DNA from: a bacterium
GTDB lineage: Bacteria > Patescibacteriota > Minisyncoccia > Phycocordibacterales > Phycocordibacteraceae
NCBI GenBank assembly: GCA_037200965.1
Contig: JBBCGK010000001.1
Span: 832,001-896,000, forward strand
DNA: 64,000 nt
Direction: 5' to 3'
In this document: piece by piece, positions 9,487 through 19,282 of the stretch
Position numbering within the stretch: the first letter of the stretch is position 1
Layout of the letters: each line of letters starts with the position of its first letter
The notes under the pieces: model-generated
Told to the model about the DNA's origin: nothing
Database searches by the model: none
What the model saw: only the letters and a program-made list of their open reading frames with translations
Program-made: the position numbers and the translations under genes

Positions 9487-10221
9487 ATGTCCGAGCAGAC
9501 ATATTTCGATATCAACAAATTCCCCAAGGATTGGGGGATCATCGTGTTTCCGATCTCGATGAGCCGGATCGGAAACGCGCAGTCGCCGCAGGCCTGCATC
9601 GACGCGATGCGTTTTTTCCTGGATAAGATGACGGCGAACAGGGTAGGGGCGAATTTTATCTATTCCGAAGGCCTCTATATGAACTTCGAGCGCGACGCGT
9701 TCGAGACCAAGAACCGGTTCGCGAATACCGCGGTATCGCATATGGGCGGCGTGAGGAATCTCTTTCTCAAGAGCAGCAGGGAGCTGCAGATCGATTCCGC
9801 GCTGTCCTTCGAATCCTGGTTCCAGATGTATCTCTCGTACAAGGATTTTTTCAGCGCGTTCAAGAGCGTGCGAAAACTCTATGAGGACGACGCGGACTTC
9901 CGGAACTACGTCGCTTCGGACGCGAAGGCGGCAGGCAAGGAACTCACGGAAGAGCAGCTGAGTTTCTATCTCGAGGAACATACGTTTGCCTACCTTCTTA
10001 TGAACCGCCAGCTCCGGCTGCGCAATGATTTCGTGAACGACCGGGAACAATGGGTTCTTCTGGCATATCCCGGCATGCCGCTCCTCGGGCAGGTTTATCT
10101 GGTACAAAAAGATCCGCTCGGCATTAACGATGATTCGAACCCGTATAAGGGACAGTACAATCTCGAGAAGAAAGTGTTCATTCCATACCTCAAGGTCGAT
10201 CTGGAGAATCCGAATCTATAG
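9487..10221 (+). CDS. Hypothetical protein
   Basis: Long ORF with host-like composition. No family recognised. Confidence 0.4.
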   Translation: MSEQTYFDINKFPKDWGIIVFPISMSRIGNAQSPQACIDAMRFFLDKMTANRVGANFIYSEGLYMNFERDAFETKNRFANTAVSHMGGVRNLFLKSSRELQIDSALSFESWFQMYLSYKDFFSAFKSVRKLYEDDADFRNYVASDAKAAGKELTEEQLSFYLEEHTFAYLLMNRQLRLRNDFVNDREQWVLLAYPGMPLLGQVYLVQKDPLGINDDSNPYKGQYNLEKKVFIPYLKVDLENPNL

Positions 10222-10296
10222 CATCTCCCCTCTTAATCCTTTCTACACCCACCCCGTGGAAATGTATAAGCATTATCAGCCTAACCATCCGGAGAA

Positions 10297-10488
10297 ATGG
10301 CACGGTACGGAAAGAAAGCGCAGAGCAAGAAGCGCGCGATGCACGAGATGAAGCGCGGGAAACTGAAGTCGGGAAAAAGCGGCAAGAAAGTCACGAGCCG
10401 TAAGCAGGCGATAGCCATAGGACTTTCCGAAGCCCGGAAAGCGGGCGGCAAGGTGCCGCGCAAACGGGCCCGGAAATCAGGGAAGTAG
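10297..10488 (+). CDS. Small lysine/arginine-rich protein (conserved small basic protein family)
   Basis: 63-aa ORF. MHEMKRGKLKSGKSGKKVTSRKQAIAIGLSEARKAG resembles a widespread small basic protein family. Confidence 0.4.
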   Translation: MARYGKKAQSKKRAMHEMKRGKLKSGKSGKKVTSRKQAIAIGLSEARKAGGKVPRKRARKSGK

Positions 10489-10521
10489 AAGGGCGGCCCA
10501 GCCCGGGGTATACTGCTTGGC

Positions 10522-11103
10522 ATGAAACCAACAATCGTCGTGCCAATCGCAGTCCTAGGAGTCCTTATCGTCATCGGAGCCGCCGCCCTTATCTTCATCC
10601 CTGCGGCCCACGCTCCGGTGCCCGAAGCCGCAACGACAACGTCCGCTGCGGGAACAGCTACTTCGACTCCTCTTCCTGCCGCGCAGGCTCCCGCTCCGAT
10701 GGTGCCGCTTAAGGCTACGAATGTAAGCAACGAGACGGTCTGGCGCGAGTTTACGGGACTAGGCTGGACGCTTCCGTTCTCTTTCCAGCCCTCATGGGCG
10801 GTCGCGGCCGACAAAAACCAGAACAGCATGGTGACGCAGGTAAGGCTCGCCGCAAGCGATACCAGCATTCTCATCAGCAAGAACCAACGCATCGGCATGC
10901 CTTCGAAGGTCGCGTTCTCGACCTCGACGCGCTCCATTGCCGGACAGAACGTAACGGTGACGCGCTTCGACAACCCGAATCCGAAGTACGCGTACTACCT
11001 GTACTTCGACGTTCCGGTCGGCACCGACACGTATTATTTCTCCCTCGACAGCGCGACGACTTCGATGAAGGTCGCGAACGACTTCATCAGTCTTATCAAA
11101 TAA
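10522..11103 (+). CDS. Secreted/membrane-anchored hypothetical protein
   Basis: N-terminal TM/signal segment and Thr/Ala-rich linker. Confidence 0.45.
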   Translation: MKPTIVVPIAVLGVLIVIGAAALIFIPAAHAPVPEAATTTSAAGTATSTPLPAAQAPAPMVPLKATNVSNETVWREFTGLGWTLPFSFQPSWAVAADKNQNSMVTQVRLAASDTSILISKNQRIGMPSKVAFSTSTRSIAGQNVTVTRFDNPNPKYAYYLYFDVPVGTDTYYFSLDSATTSMKVANDFISLIK

Positions 11104-11104
11104 G

Positions 11105-11338
11105 ATGGCTACGGAAGAATTCAAGGTAAGCGGGGAGGAACTCATCAGGAAAGTGAAGGAGCTTATCAAAGCCGGGAACGCCAGGCGCATTATCATCAAG
11201 AACGAGAAGGGAAAGACGGTGATCGAGATTCCCCTTACGGTCGGCGCCGTCGGCGCGCTCATAGCTCCCGCGCTCGCGGCCGTGGGTGCTATCGCAGCCC
11301 TTGTCACCAAATGCACGATCGTCGTTGAACGGCGGTAA
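11105..11338 (+). CDS. DUF4342 domain protein
   Basis: FKVSGEELIRKVKELIKAGNARRIIIKNEKG...TKCTIVVE matches the DUF4342 pattern. Confidence 0.6.
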   Translation: MATEEFKVSGEELIRKVKELIKAGNARRIIIKNEKGKTVIEIPLTVGAVGALIAPALAAVGAIAALVTKCTIVVERR

Positions 11339-11347
11339 ACAAAGCGG

Positions 11348-11935
11348 TTGATGAAGAGAATCGCGTACATCATTCCGGGGTACGGCGAATCTCACACAAG
11401 GCAACGCGGGTATGATGCTCTCGCCGAGATGTTCAAGGCGAAGGGAATTGTGCCCGTACATATAGAAATCGATTGGCACGGGAAGAAGCCATCCCGGTTC
11501 GGCGAATACGCCAAACAATTTCTGCAGCAGTACGAAAAGCCGCGGCAGACCGAAACATACATACTTGGCTTCTCGTTCGGGGCGATTATCGCGCTTATAA
11601 GCGCGAAGCAGGCGAAACCGACGAATCTTATCTTATGCTCGCCTTCTCCCTTTTTCACGGAAGATATGAAAACCTTCAAGCCCGCTTTGCGTAAATGGTG
11701 GAAAGAAAACTTCGTCGAAAGCGACTATTCATTCGACGCAATTGCCCCGATGATACGACAGAAGACCTATGTGATAGTGGGTGATAAGGAGGACGTCGAA
11801 TGCGGGAAGCGGGCGAGAGCTGCCAAGCGAAACATCAGGAACAGCCAGCTCGTAACTGCCAAAGGGGCGAAACACAATATAAGCCAGAAAGAGTACCTGG
11901 CAGCGGTTTGGAAGGTCGTCTCAAAACTGCGATGA
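11348..11935 (+). CDS. Alpha/beta hydrolase
   Basis: Nucleophile elbow GFSFG (GxSxG). Confidence 0.6.
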   Translation: MMKRIAYIIPGYGESHTRQRGYDALAEMFKAKGIVPVHIEIDWHGKKPSRFGEYAKQFLQQYEKPRQTETYILGFSFGAIIALISAKQAKPTNLILCSPSPFFTEDMKTFKPALRKWWKENFVESDYSFDAIAPMIRQKTYVIVGDKEDVECGKRARAAKRNIRNSQLVTAKGAKHNISQKEYLAAVWKVVSKLR

Positions 11936-12297
11936 AAACCTACAAAGCCATCTCGCTCAAGCAGCCGTTCGCGAACTGGGTCGCGGAAGGGAAGAAAACG
12001 ATCGAGACGAGGAAGTGGAATACGAAATACCGGGGCGACCTGGTAATTTGTTCTTCAAAAAAGCCCGCTATCGATCCGGCGGGCTATGCGCTTTGCCTCG
12101 TCGAGCTCTACGACACGTGGCCGATGCGCAAGGAAGACGAGACGGGCGCCTGCTGCAAGCTCTACGACGGCGCATACGCCTGGCTCATCCGGAATGTCCG
12201 GCCCATACATCCGCCGGTGCCCGTAAAAGGGCAGCTGAGTATCTTCGACTTCGAGCTTCCCCTGGGGTATGATGGAGTAAATAAAAACCCGGTTTAG
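11932..12297 (+). CDS. ASCH domain protein
   Basis: ISLKQPFANWVAEGKKTIETRKW. Start ATG overlaps the upstream stop (ATGA). Confidence 0.55.
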   Translation: MKTYKAISLKQPFANWVAEGKKTIETRKWNTKYRGDLVICSSKKPAIDPAGYALCLVELYDTWPMRKEDETGACCKLYDGAYAWLIRNVRPIHPPVPVKGQLSIFDFELPLGYDGVNKNPV

Positions 12298-12299
12298 CT

Positions 12300-12656
12300 A
12301 TGCCGTCTCTCAGAACTCCCGAAGTAGTCGCCAAATATCTTGCGCATCGGGAAAGCCGCAAAGGCAGTGATTCGTGCGAGCTATGCGAGAAGCTCGCGAC
12401 CAAAGAGTTTACCTATTGGAAAGTTGTTGAAAACGACTTCCCTTACGGACAGATCGCCAAGACGCACCATATGCTCGTGCCGCTCAGGCATACGACAGAA
12501 GACGGTCTCACCGACAGCGAGCTGGCGGAACAGAAGCTTATCAAACGCGGATTCGTGAACGAGGGATACGACTGGATCATCGAAGCGACGCACAAGAACA
12601 GGTCGATCCCGTCGCATTTCCATCTGCACCTTATCGTCCAGAAAGAATCCGCATGA
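12300..12656 (+). CDS. HIT-like hydrolase
   Basis: HFHLHLI histidine triad. CxxC near the N-terminus. Confidence 0.6.
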   Translation: MPSLRTPEVVAKYLAHRESRKGSDSCELCEKLATKEFTYWKVVENDFPYGQIAKTHHMLVPLRHTTEDGLTDSELAEQKLIKRGFVNEGYDWIIEATHKNRSIPSHFHLHLIVQKESA

Positions 12657-13270
12657 CCAAGCCGAAAGCCGTAATCTATGACAACGACGGCATGCTTATG
12701 CACGGAGGCCGTTTCAGCGAACAGTATTCAAGAGAGTTCGGCGTTGATCTCGCCGTGATGTCCCGATTTTTCGAGACCTCCTTCAAGCTATGTCTCATAG
12801 GGAAAGCGGATTTAAGGGAAGAACTAGCAAAGGTACTTGAGGACTGGGAATGGAAAGGAACGGCCGATGAACTTATGCGTTACTGGTTTTCTATCGGCGA
12901 TACGCTATACGAAGATACGCATGCGTCTGTCGGCAAACTCAAGGAACAAGGCGTGGTCGTATGTCTTGCGACGAACCAGGAGAAGTATCGACTTCAATAT
13001 CTAACGAAGAAGTTTTCATACGATTCGCTATTTGACGAAATATTCTCCTCATCCGAACTCGGAGCGCTTAAGCATAGCGAGGAAGGACTGGAGAAGATAT
13101 CCCGGAAACTAAAGGAGGCGCATTCCATCGCCGACAGGGGCGAGGTTATGTACTGGGATGACCGGGAAAGCCAAATCAAGAACCTTGGTGAGGGAGGGTT
13201 CAATGCGCAGCTTTATACAGACTATCCCGCTTTCAGAAAGACGCTGGAAGAATACGGGCTTCGATTGTAG
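12653..13270 (+). CDS. HAD family hydrolase
   Basis: DxD motif IYDNDGML. ATGA overlap with the upstream gene. Confidence 0.65.
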   Translation: MTKPKAVIYDNDGMLMHGGRFSEQYSREFGVDLAVMSRFFETSFKLCLIGKADLREELAKVLEDWEWKGTADELMRYWFSIGDTLYEDTHASVGKLKEQGVVVCLATNQEKYRLQYLTKKFSYDSLFDEIFSSSELGALKHSEEGLEKISRKLKEAHSIADRGEVMYWDDRESQIKNLGEGGFNAQLYTDYPAFRKTLEEYGLRL

Positions 13271-13303
13271 TCCACCGTTTTCATTTCTTGCTACAATACC
13301 CGT

Positions 13304-14689
13304 ATGGAAGACATCAAGGAGAAGTGCGGCGTCTTCGGGGTCTATGGCAGAGGACTCGAGGCCGCACGCCTTACCTTCTTCGGCCTCTTCGCGCTTCAGC
13401 ACCGCGGACAGGAAAGTTCGGGAATAACGGTTTCCGGCGGCGAGCGCCTCTTCTCGCACAAGGGCATGGGGCTCGTGATGCAGGTATTCGCGGAGAAGGA
13501 TATCGAGAATCTTGCGGGGCATGCGGCCATAGGCCATAACCGGTATTCGACGACGGGCGGGTCGCTTCCGGAGCATATCCAGCCGTTCGTGGTGCGCTCG
13601 GGTACGCTCGCACTCGCGCATAACGGCAACCTTCCGTCGACGAAGGCGCTTGAGGAGTTCCTCGCGAGCCGCGGAAAGAATGCCGCGGGCTTTTCCGATT
13701 CGAAGCTCATCATCGAGGCGATATCGGTATATATGGACGACGGGCTTTCCGTCGAGGATGCGATAGCGAAGACGTATCCCTTGATGACGGGCGCTTTTTC
13801 GATTGTTATCCTTACGCCCGACAAGTTGATCGCGCTTCGGGACAGCTACGGCATCCGCCCGCTCTCGCTTGCCCGCCTCAACGGCGGGTTTCTCGTCGCG
13901 TCGGAAACGTGCGCTTTTAATCCGATGGGCGCGGTCTTCGAGCGCGACGTGCGCCCGGGGGAAATGCTGGTGATAAGCGAAGCGGGGCTTATGAGCCGCC
14001 AGCTTGCGGAAGGGAAGGAACAGCTCGACGCGTTCGAATTCGTCTACTTCTCCCGCACCGACAGCGTGCTTATGGGCCGGTCGGTATACGAAGCGCGGCG
14101 GCGCTTCGGTGAAATACTCGCGCGAGAGGCGGACATCGAGGTCGATATCGTCGTGCCCATCCCCGAAACGGGAATTCCGGTCGCCGCGGGTTATGCCGCC
14201 GCGGCAGGCATCACGTATGAGCCCGCGCTCGCTAAAAGCCGCTATATCCAGCGCACGTTCATCGCGCCCGACCAGCATCTGCGCGAGCAGGGCGTGAAGA
14301 TGAAGCTGTCGGCGGTCGCTGATGCGATCAGGGGGAAGCGTGTCGCGATCGCCGACGACTCCATCGTGCGCGGCACGACCTCGAAGCAAATCGTCGCGAT
14401 GCTTTTTGAGGCCGGGGCGAAGGAGGTGCACTTCCTCGTCTCGTCGCCCCCGGTCCGTTTCCCTGATTTCTATGGCATCGATACCCCCAGGCAGGACAAG
14501 CTTCTCGCGGCGAACCATTCGATAGAGGAGATGCGGGAGTATCTTGGCGCGACGTCGCTCCATTTCCTCTCGGTCGGAGGGCTTATCGAAGGCATCGGTC
14601 TCCCGCGGGAAAGTCTCTGCCTCTCCTGCTTTACGGGCGAGTATCCCATAGACCTCGGGGAGAGAGCGGGCGAAGTGTCGTATCGGTAA
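13304..14689 (+). CDS. purF: Amidophosphoribosyltransferase (glutamine-PRPP amidotransferase)
   Basis: N-terminal Cys nucleophile MEDIKEKCGVFGV, FALQHRGQESSGI, and a PRTase domain. Confidence 0.9.
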   Translation: MEDIKEKCGVFGVYGRGLEAARLTFFGLFALQHRGQESSGITVSGGERLFSHKGMGLVMQVFAEKDIENLAGHAAIGHNRYSTTGGSLPEHIQPFVVRSGTLALAHNGNLPSTKALEEFLASRGKNAAGFSDSKLIIEAISVYMDDGLSVEDAIAKTYPLMTGAFSIVILTPDKLIALRDSYGIRPLSLARLNGGFLVASETCAFNPMGAVFERDVRPGEMLVISEAGLMSRQLAEGKEQLDAFEFVYFSRTDSVLMGRSVYEARRRFGEILAREADIEVDIVVPIPETGIPVAAGYAAAAGITYEPALAKSRYIQRTFIAPDQHLREQGVKMKLSAVADAIRGKRVAIADDSIVRGTTSKQIVAMLFEAGAKEVHFLVSSPPVRFPDFYGIDTPRQDKLLAANHSIEEMREYLGATSLHFLSVGGLIEGIGLPRESLCLSCFTGEYPIDLGERAGEVSYR

Positions 14690-14715
14690 AGCCTGAAAGG
14701 TTGTATCCTGTACGC

Positions 14716-15819
14716 ATGGCTGGCGCGAAGAAATCTCAAGGCGTAACCAAGACGCGGGCAATCTCTATTTTGGGAGGCGTGCTGTGCCTCGTGCTGATCT
14801 ATATCCTCGGCTTCAGCAATTTCCACGGGGTCGAATACAACAAGGCGGACGCGGAAGGGAGGCATGCGACGACGACCGCGGCAACGCCCAAGGCGCCCGC
14901 ATTGCCGCCTCTCGATAAGGCCGCATATGATAAGAAACTCCTTTCGCTCGCCAACCGTCCCGTACTTGCAACCACGACCGCGAGCACCACGACCAACTAT
15001 CTTTGGCCCGTGACGGCCGCGTACCCGAATCCGGGAGCGATTCTGCCGTTTAAGCGCATCGTCGCCTATTACGGCAACTTCTATTCGAAAGGCATGGGCG
15101 TGCTTGGCGAGTATCCGCTTGACCAGGTCGCGGCGAAGCTCCGGGCCGCGGTCGCCGAGTGGCAGGTGGCTGATCCGGCGACTCCCGTCGTGCCCGCGAT
15201 CGACTATATCGCCATTACGGCACAGGCAAGTCCCGGCGCGGACGGCAAATACCGCTTCCGGATGCCCGACAGCCAGATACAGATCGCGCTCGACCTCGCA
15301 AGCCAGGTGAACGGCATCGTATTCCTCGATCTTCAGGTGGGCCTGAGTTCGCTTCCGGTCGAGCTGCCGCTCATCGAGAAATACCTCAAGATGCCGCAAG
15401 TGCATCTCGCGCTCGATCCGGAGTTCGCGATGCATAACGGCGCGAAGCCCGGCACGGTCGTCGGCACCATGAGCGCGAGCGATATCAACTATGCCGCGGA
15501 CTATCTCGCGAAGCTCGTGCGCGAGAACAATCTTCCGCCCAAGGTCCTCGTTATCCATCGCTTCACGCACGACATGGTGACCGGATACAAGTCCATCAAG
15601 CCTTTGCCTGAGGTGCAGATGGTGATGGATATGGACGGATGGGGCTCCCCGGCAAAGAAGATCGGCACGTATACGCGCGTCATCGCTCCGGAGCCCGTCC
15701 AGTTCACCGGATTCAAAATTTTCTATAAGAACGACCTGAAACCGCCCTCGACCCGCATCATGACGCCTGCGGAACTCCTGAAGCTTTCTCCGCAGCCGTC
15801 GTACATCCAATACCAGTAA
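14716..15819 (+). CDS. Membrane-anchored hypothetical protein (extracytoplasmic)
   Basis: N-terminal TM helix, Thr/Ala-rich linker, large globular domain. No family assigned. Confidence 0.45.
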   Translation: MAGAKKSQGVTKTRAISILGGVLCLVLIYILGFSNFHGVEYNKADAEGRHATTTAATPKAPALPPLDKAAYDKKLLSLANRPVLATTTASTTTNYLWPVTAAYPNPGAILPFKRIVAYYGNFYSKGMGVLGEYPLDQVAAKLRAAVAEWQVADPATPVVPAIDYIAITAQASPGADGKYRFRMPDSQIQIALDLASQVNGIVFLDLQVGLSSLPVELPLIEKYLKMPQVHLALDPEFAMHNGAKPGTVVGTMSASDINYAADYLAKLVRENNLPPKVLVIHRFTHDMVTGYKSIKPLPEVQMVMDMDGWGSPAKKIGTYTRVIAPEPVQFTGFKIFYKNDLKPPSTRIMTPAELLKLSPQPSYIQYQ

Positions 15820-15889
15820 GTTTCTGGATACGAGGAAAGAACCCTCCACAACTTGCCCAATAAGAAAGCTCCGTCCATACTAAATATGC

Positions 15890-16354
15890 ATGGAAAGTCG
15901 GCAATCGGTTACCGTCCTTAGCTTCGCACTGAACGGGATTCGCGAGCGGATTAAGGCGTGGAAGAACAACGGCGGAGAACCGGACTCGCTTGAATGGAAA
16001 ATCGTTAATGCAAGCCTTGCCACGACAGATCTCGGTTCGGTTATCGGTTCGGTACTTCCTTGTATTTCCATCGCTCTTATCCGGGTCACTGGAAATATCG
16101 CACCGCATAAACACCTGCTTTCCAACTCCGCGGGAGTGTTGCTCGGCGAGGCCGAAGGTTTCAGTTTTCCGCCCGATCCTATTGAAACCTTGCTTGATGA
16201 CGGCTGGCACTCAGTGCATGTGGGGGATCTGTTGGTTCTTACGGCGGGCAGCCCTCATGGGTTCCGAGGCGTCTTGTCTGCGCCTCTGTTCGCGCTTTTT
16301 CTCGATAGTCCGCCGATCGACGATGCTACCGATCATATTTTAGTGGAGATATGA
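15890..16354 (+). CDS. Cupin-like domain protein
   Basis: GNIAPHKH...E...G and GDLLVLTAGSPHGF resemble the two cupin motifs. Confidence 0.4.
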   Translation: MESRQSVTVLSFALNGIRERIKAWKNNGGEPDSLEWKIVNASLATTDLGSVIGSVLPCISIALIRVTGNIAPHKHLLSNSAGVLLGEAEGFSFPPDPIETLLDDGWHSVHVGDLLVLTAGSPHGFRGVLSAPLFALFLDSPPIDDATDHILVEI

Positions 16355-17076
16355 GCAATGATACATTCCCACTTGCGTATCAATCAGAGGAAGCAAACCG
16401 CTATTTTGAATTCGAAAAGCAACAGCATCCGGCGGATACGTTTATAGCGGATGCGCTGCGCGGTATTGGTATTCACGGTCACAAGATACTCGATTACGGA
16501 TGCGGTTCCGGTCTTATGGTACCGCCGCTACTTAAACTCGGAGCTTCGCAAGTGATCGGGTGCGACCCGAGTGCAGCCATGATACGCGAGGCAAACCGCC
16601 GATTTGCCGGTGCTTCTGCCATGTCCGCTATGACTCGTTTCGATCTTCTCACGGGATTGCCACTACCATACCCGAGTTCAAGTTTCGACGGCGTGCTGCT
16701 CCGTTTCGTACTTCATTACATACCCGATACCCAATCCGCTTTCAGGGAGTTTGCCCGGATATTGAAGCCGAACGGATGGGTGGTGGCCGTTTCGAGCGAT
16801 GTGTCCCTAAAGCCTGGGAGGGAGTACCTCGCAAATACAATGATGCCGCTTATCTTTCAGGATATGTTGACGGTACGGACGCTGATAAAGCAGGGAAAAG
16901 AAATCACCGAGAGCGCCGGGAATGCGGGGCTCGAAATCGAACGGTACGAGCGTATTTCCGACGCGACTCTCGCCTCGGTCGATACGACGTACGAACATGC
17001 GCGCGAAATTGAGCAATTCAGCACCGGCTTGCTGGTCGCACGAAAACCATTGGATAAGCGCAAACCTACGGTCTAG
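16351..17076 (+). CDS. Class I SAM-dependent methyltransferase
   Basis: Motif I ILDYGCGSG. Overlaps the cupin gene by 4 nt. Confidence 0.7.
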   Translation: MSNDTFPLAYQSEEANRYFEFEKQQHPADTFIADALRGIGIHGHKILDYGCGSGLMVPPLLKLGASQVIGCDPSAAMIREANRRFAGASAMSAMTRFDLLTGLPLPYPSSSFDGVLLRFVLHYIPDTQSAFREFARILKPNGWVVAVSSDVSLKPGREYLANTMMPLIFQDMLTVRTLIKQGKEITESAGNAGLEIERYERISDATLASVDTTYEHAREIEQFSTGLLVARKPLDKRKPTV

Positions 17077-17096
17077 CCAGAGAGTCGCTATCTGCT

Positions 17097-17819
17097 ATGC
17101 TTCGGGCCATGGCTGCCCGCAAACGTCCCGGTACCATAAGCTTTCTCCTCGCGGTTCTTGCGGCGGGCGTTACGCTCACCGGCGTCTATTTCGCCCTCGC
17201 TCCGGCTATCGTCCCGAACCCGGATCTTCGCGCGACCGTGATACCGACGGGCGTGCTCGCAAGAACCAACAGCGACCGCGCCGCAAACGGCCTTCCGGCG
17301 CTCCGGGGAAACTATCTGCTTGATAAAGCGGCGCAGATGAAGGCCGACGACATGGCGGAGCGCGGCTATTTCGCGCACATAAGCCCCGACGGGCAGAGCC
17401 CGCTCTACTGGCTCGACAAGGTCGGATACCAATACCTGAACGTGGGCGAGAACCTGGGGCGTAACTATCCGGACGCGCGGGCGCTTGAAACCGGCTGGAT
17501 GAATTCTCCGGAGCACCGGGAGAACGTGCTCCGGCCCGAATTCACCGAAGCGGGCGTCGGGACCGCAAGCGGCATGTACAAAGGGGAAATGACGACATTC
17601 GCCGTCGAGATATTCGCGACGCCGCTTCCTTCCGCCAAGGGAAACTCTTCGGGTAGCGGTACTGAAGTTGTTCCCATTCCCGACCTTATTTCGTCCAAGC
17701 CGCTCGCCTCGACAAGCGACGAAGACGCGCTCTACCGTGCGACGCTCGGCGCGCTCATCCTCGATCTCAAGCGCCAGATAGCGGAATTGGTCGCGCGCCT
17801 TGCGCTTAAGCCGGGCTAG
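17097..17819 (+). CDS. CAP (SCP/PR-1-like, YkwD-like) domain secreted protein
   Basis: RAANGLPAL...ADDMAERGYFAH.SPDG...GENL...GWMNSPEHRENVL is the CAP domain signature. N-terminal TM. Confidence 0.7.
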   Translation: MLRAMAARKRPGTISFLLAVLAAGVTLTGVYFALAPAIVPNPDLRATVIPTGVLARTNSDRAANGLPALRGNYLLDKAAQMKADDMAERGYFAHISPDGQSPLYWLDKVGYQYLNVGENLGRNYPDARALETGWMNSPEHRENVLRPEFTEAGVGTASGMYKGEMTTFAVEIFATPLPSAKGNSSGSGTEVVPIPDLISSKPLASTSDEDALYRATLGALILDLKRQIAELVARLALKPG

Positions 17820-17838
17820 GCCTGCTATTATTGCCGGT

Positions 17839-18099
17839 ATGAATCCCGACGTAGCCGAGGAAGGTATCGAGCACTTGGAGCGGATCGAAACGGAACTCGA
17901 GGAAATAAGGAAGCGCACGGGCGGCACGACCCGCGCGTTCGTAAACGGATTGTTTCAGGGCGGCGGGGCGATCATCGGCGGCGTTCTCGCGATACTCCTC
18001 ATCGGCGCTATCCTCGCGTTTCTCGGGCTCATTCCGGGTCTGGGGGATGTCGCCGCATACATCCATTCCGCGGTCGAAGAGCTGCGTTACGCGCGATGA
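17839..18099 (+). CDS. Small membrane protein
   Basis: C-terminal Gly-rich TM helix. Internal ATG chosen as start. Confidence 0.35.
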   Translation: MNPDVAEEGIEHLERIETELEEIRKRTGGTTRAFVNGLFQGGGAIIGGVLAILLIGAILAFLGLIPGLGDVAAYIHSAVEELRYAR

Positions 18100-18371
18100 C
18101 GGCAGGGAAGCGAATCGTTCGCGCTTCGCGCCATCACGTCTATATCCTCGAGTGCGCCGACGGGACGCTCTACACAGGAAGCACGAGCGACCTTGTCCGA
18201 AGGCTTCGGGAGCATAATCACGCCAAATCAGGGGCGCATTATACGAAGATCAGGAGGCCTGTCGTGCTCCGTTATGCCGAATCCGCAAAGACGCTCGGGG
18301 AGGCAAGAAGCCGGGAAGCCGCTCTTAAGCGCCTTACGAGGCAGGAGAAGCTCGCGCTTATCGGGAAATAA
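18096..18371 (+). CDS. GIY-YIG nuclease family protein
   Basis: YVYILECADGTLYTGSTSDLVRRLREHN is the GIY-YIG motif. Confidence 0.75.
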   Translation: MTAGKRIVRASRHHVYILECADGTLYTGSTSDLVRRLREHNHAKSGAHYTKIRRPVVLRYAESAKTLGEARSREAALKRLTRQEKLALIGK

Positions 18372-18383
18372 GTCCGGGTACAT

Positions 18384-19219
18384 TCAAGAAGTAATTGCAC
18401 CACCTCCGAAGAGTGCTAATGGTGTCTTGTACCCGAACCGCTTTCTCGGCCGCTCGTTCAGAGCCAGCTCAATCTCCCGTATCCGTGCCTCCGATACTGT
18501 TGCGAAGTCCGTGCCTTTGGGCAGGTACCATCGTATCAAGCCATTGACGTTCTCATTCGCCCCACGCTCCGATGATGTGTATGGGTGAGCGAAATACACC
18601 TGTACGCTTCTGCCGTCTTGCGGGGTATCTTCTCAATCGCCACGTACCCGCTCTTGCGCTCAAGCAGGGTGACCAAGGCAACCGATGATGCACGCGAGAC
18701 GATGAGGTCGCCCTCCCAGTCGCCAAGACGACTTCGGCGATCCACTGCCTTCGGACGTGCCTCGATCGAGCGTTTGTGTGGGTTCGGGAGACGCTGATGC
18801 TTCCTGAAGCCCTTCCGGTGCCTCGTTTTGTGGCGGCGTTTGAGAAGCGAGCGCAGGTCCTCGCCACCATTCTTCCATTCATCGTATACAAACTGGTATA
18901 TCGTCTCGTGCGACACGCCGCCCACGGTGCCAGCGACTTGTTCGGGCGACCACCCACGCCTCAAGCCAGCGGCAATCTTTTCTCGAAGACCGGCAGTTCG
19001 TATGCGCCCCTGTGTCTCGTGTCGTTTCGACTGTGCTCTCGCCTCCGCAAGCCGGGGCGTATATCGCCGCACTAACGCGGGCATGTTCTTGTTCACCTCG
19101 CGCGACACTGAGGACGGAGACCGTCCAAGGCTCTGGGCGATGGCCCGAATTGACCGCTTCTCCCAGAGTCCTTGCTGTATTTGCTCACGCTCTTCAATAC
19201 CGAAATGCCTGTGTGCCAT
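18384..19219 (-). pseudogene. IS30-family transposase, disrupted by at least two frameshifts
   Basis: N-terminal 227-aa frame (HTH ... DWEGDLI) ends at 18536. A third frame near 18700-18760 reads TLDRGTSEG (DDE second Asp region). The C-terminal frame (18384..18599) reads HPYTSSERGANENVNGLIRWYLPKGTDF...NERPRKRFGYKTP. A degenerate IR TGTTGCGTTT... lies at ~19233. Confidence 0.7.
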
Positions 19220-19282
19220 GCCGCTAGATTAGCGGAAGTGTTGCGTTTACTTGTTGAACTCAGGCGGTGCTAAAATTGCGCA

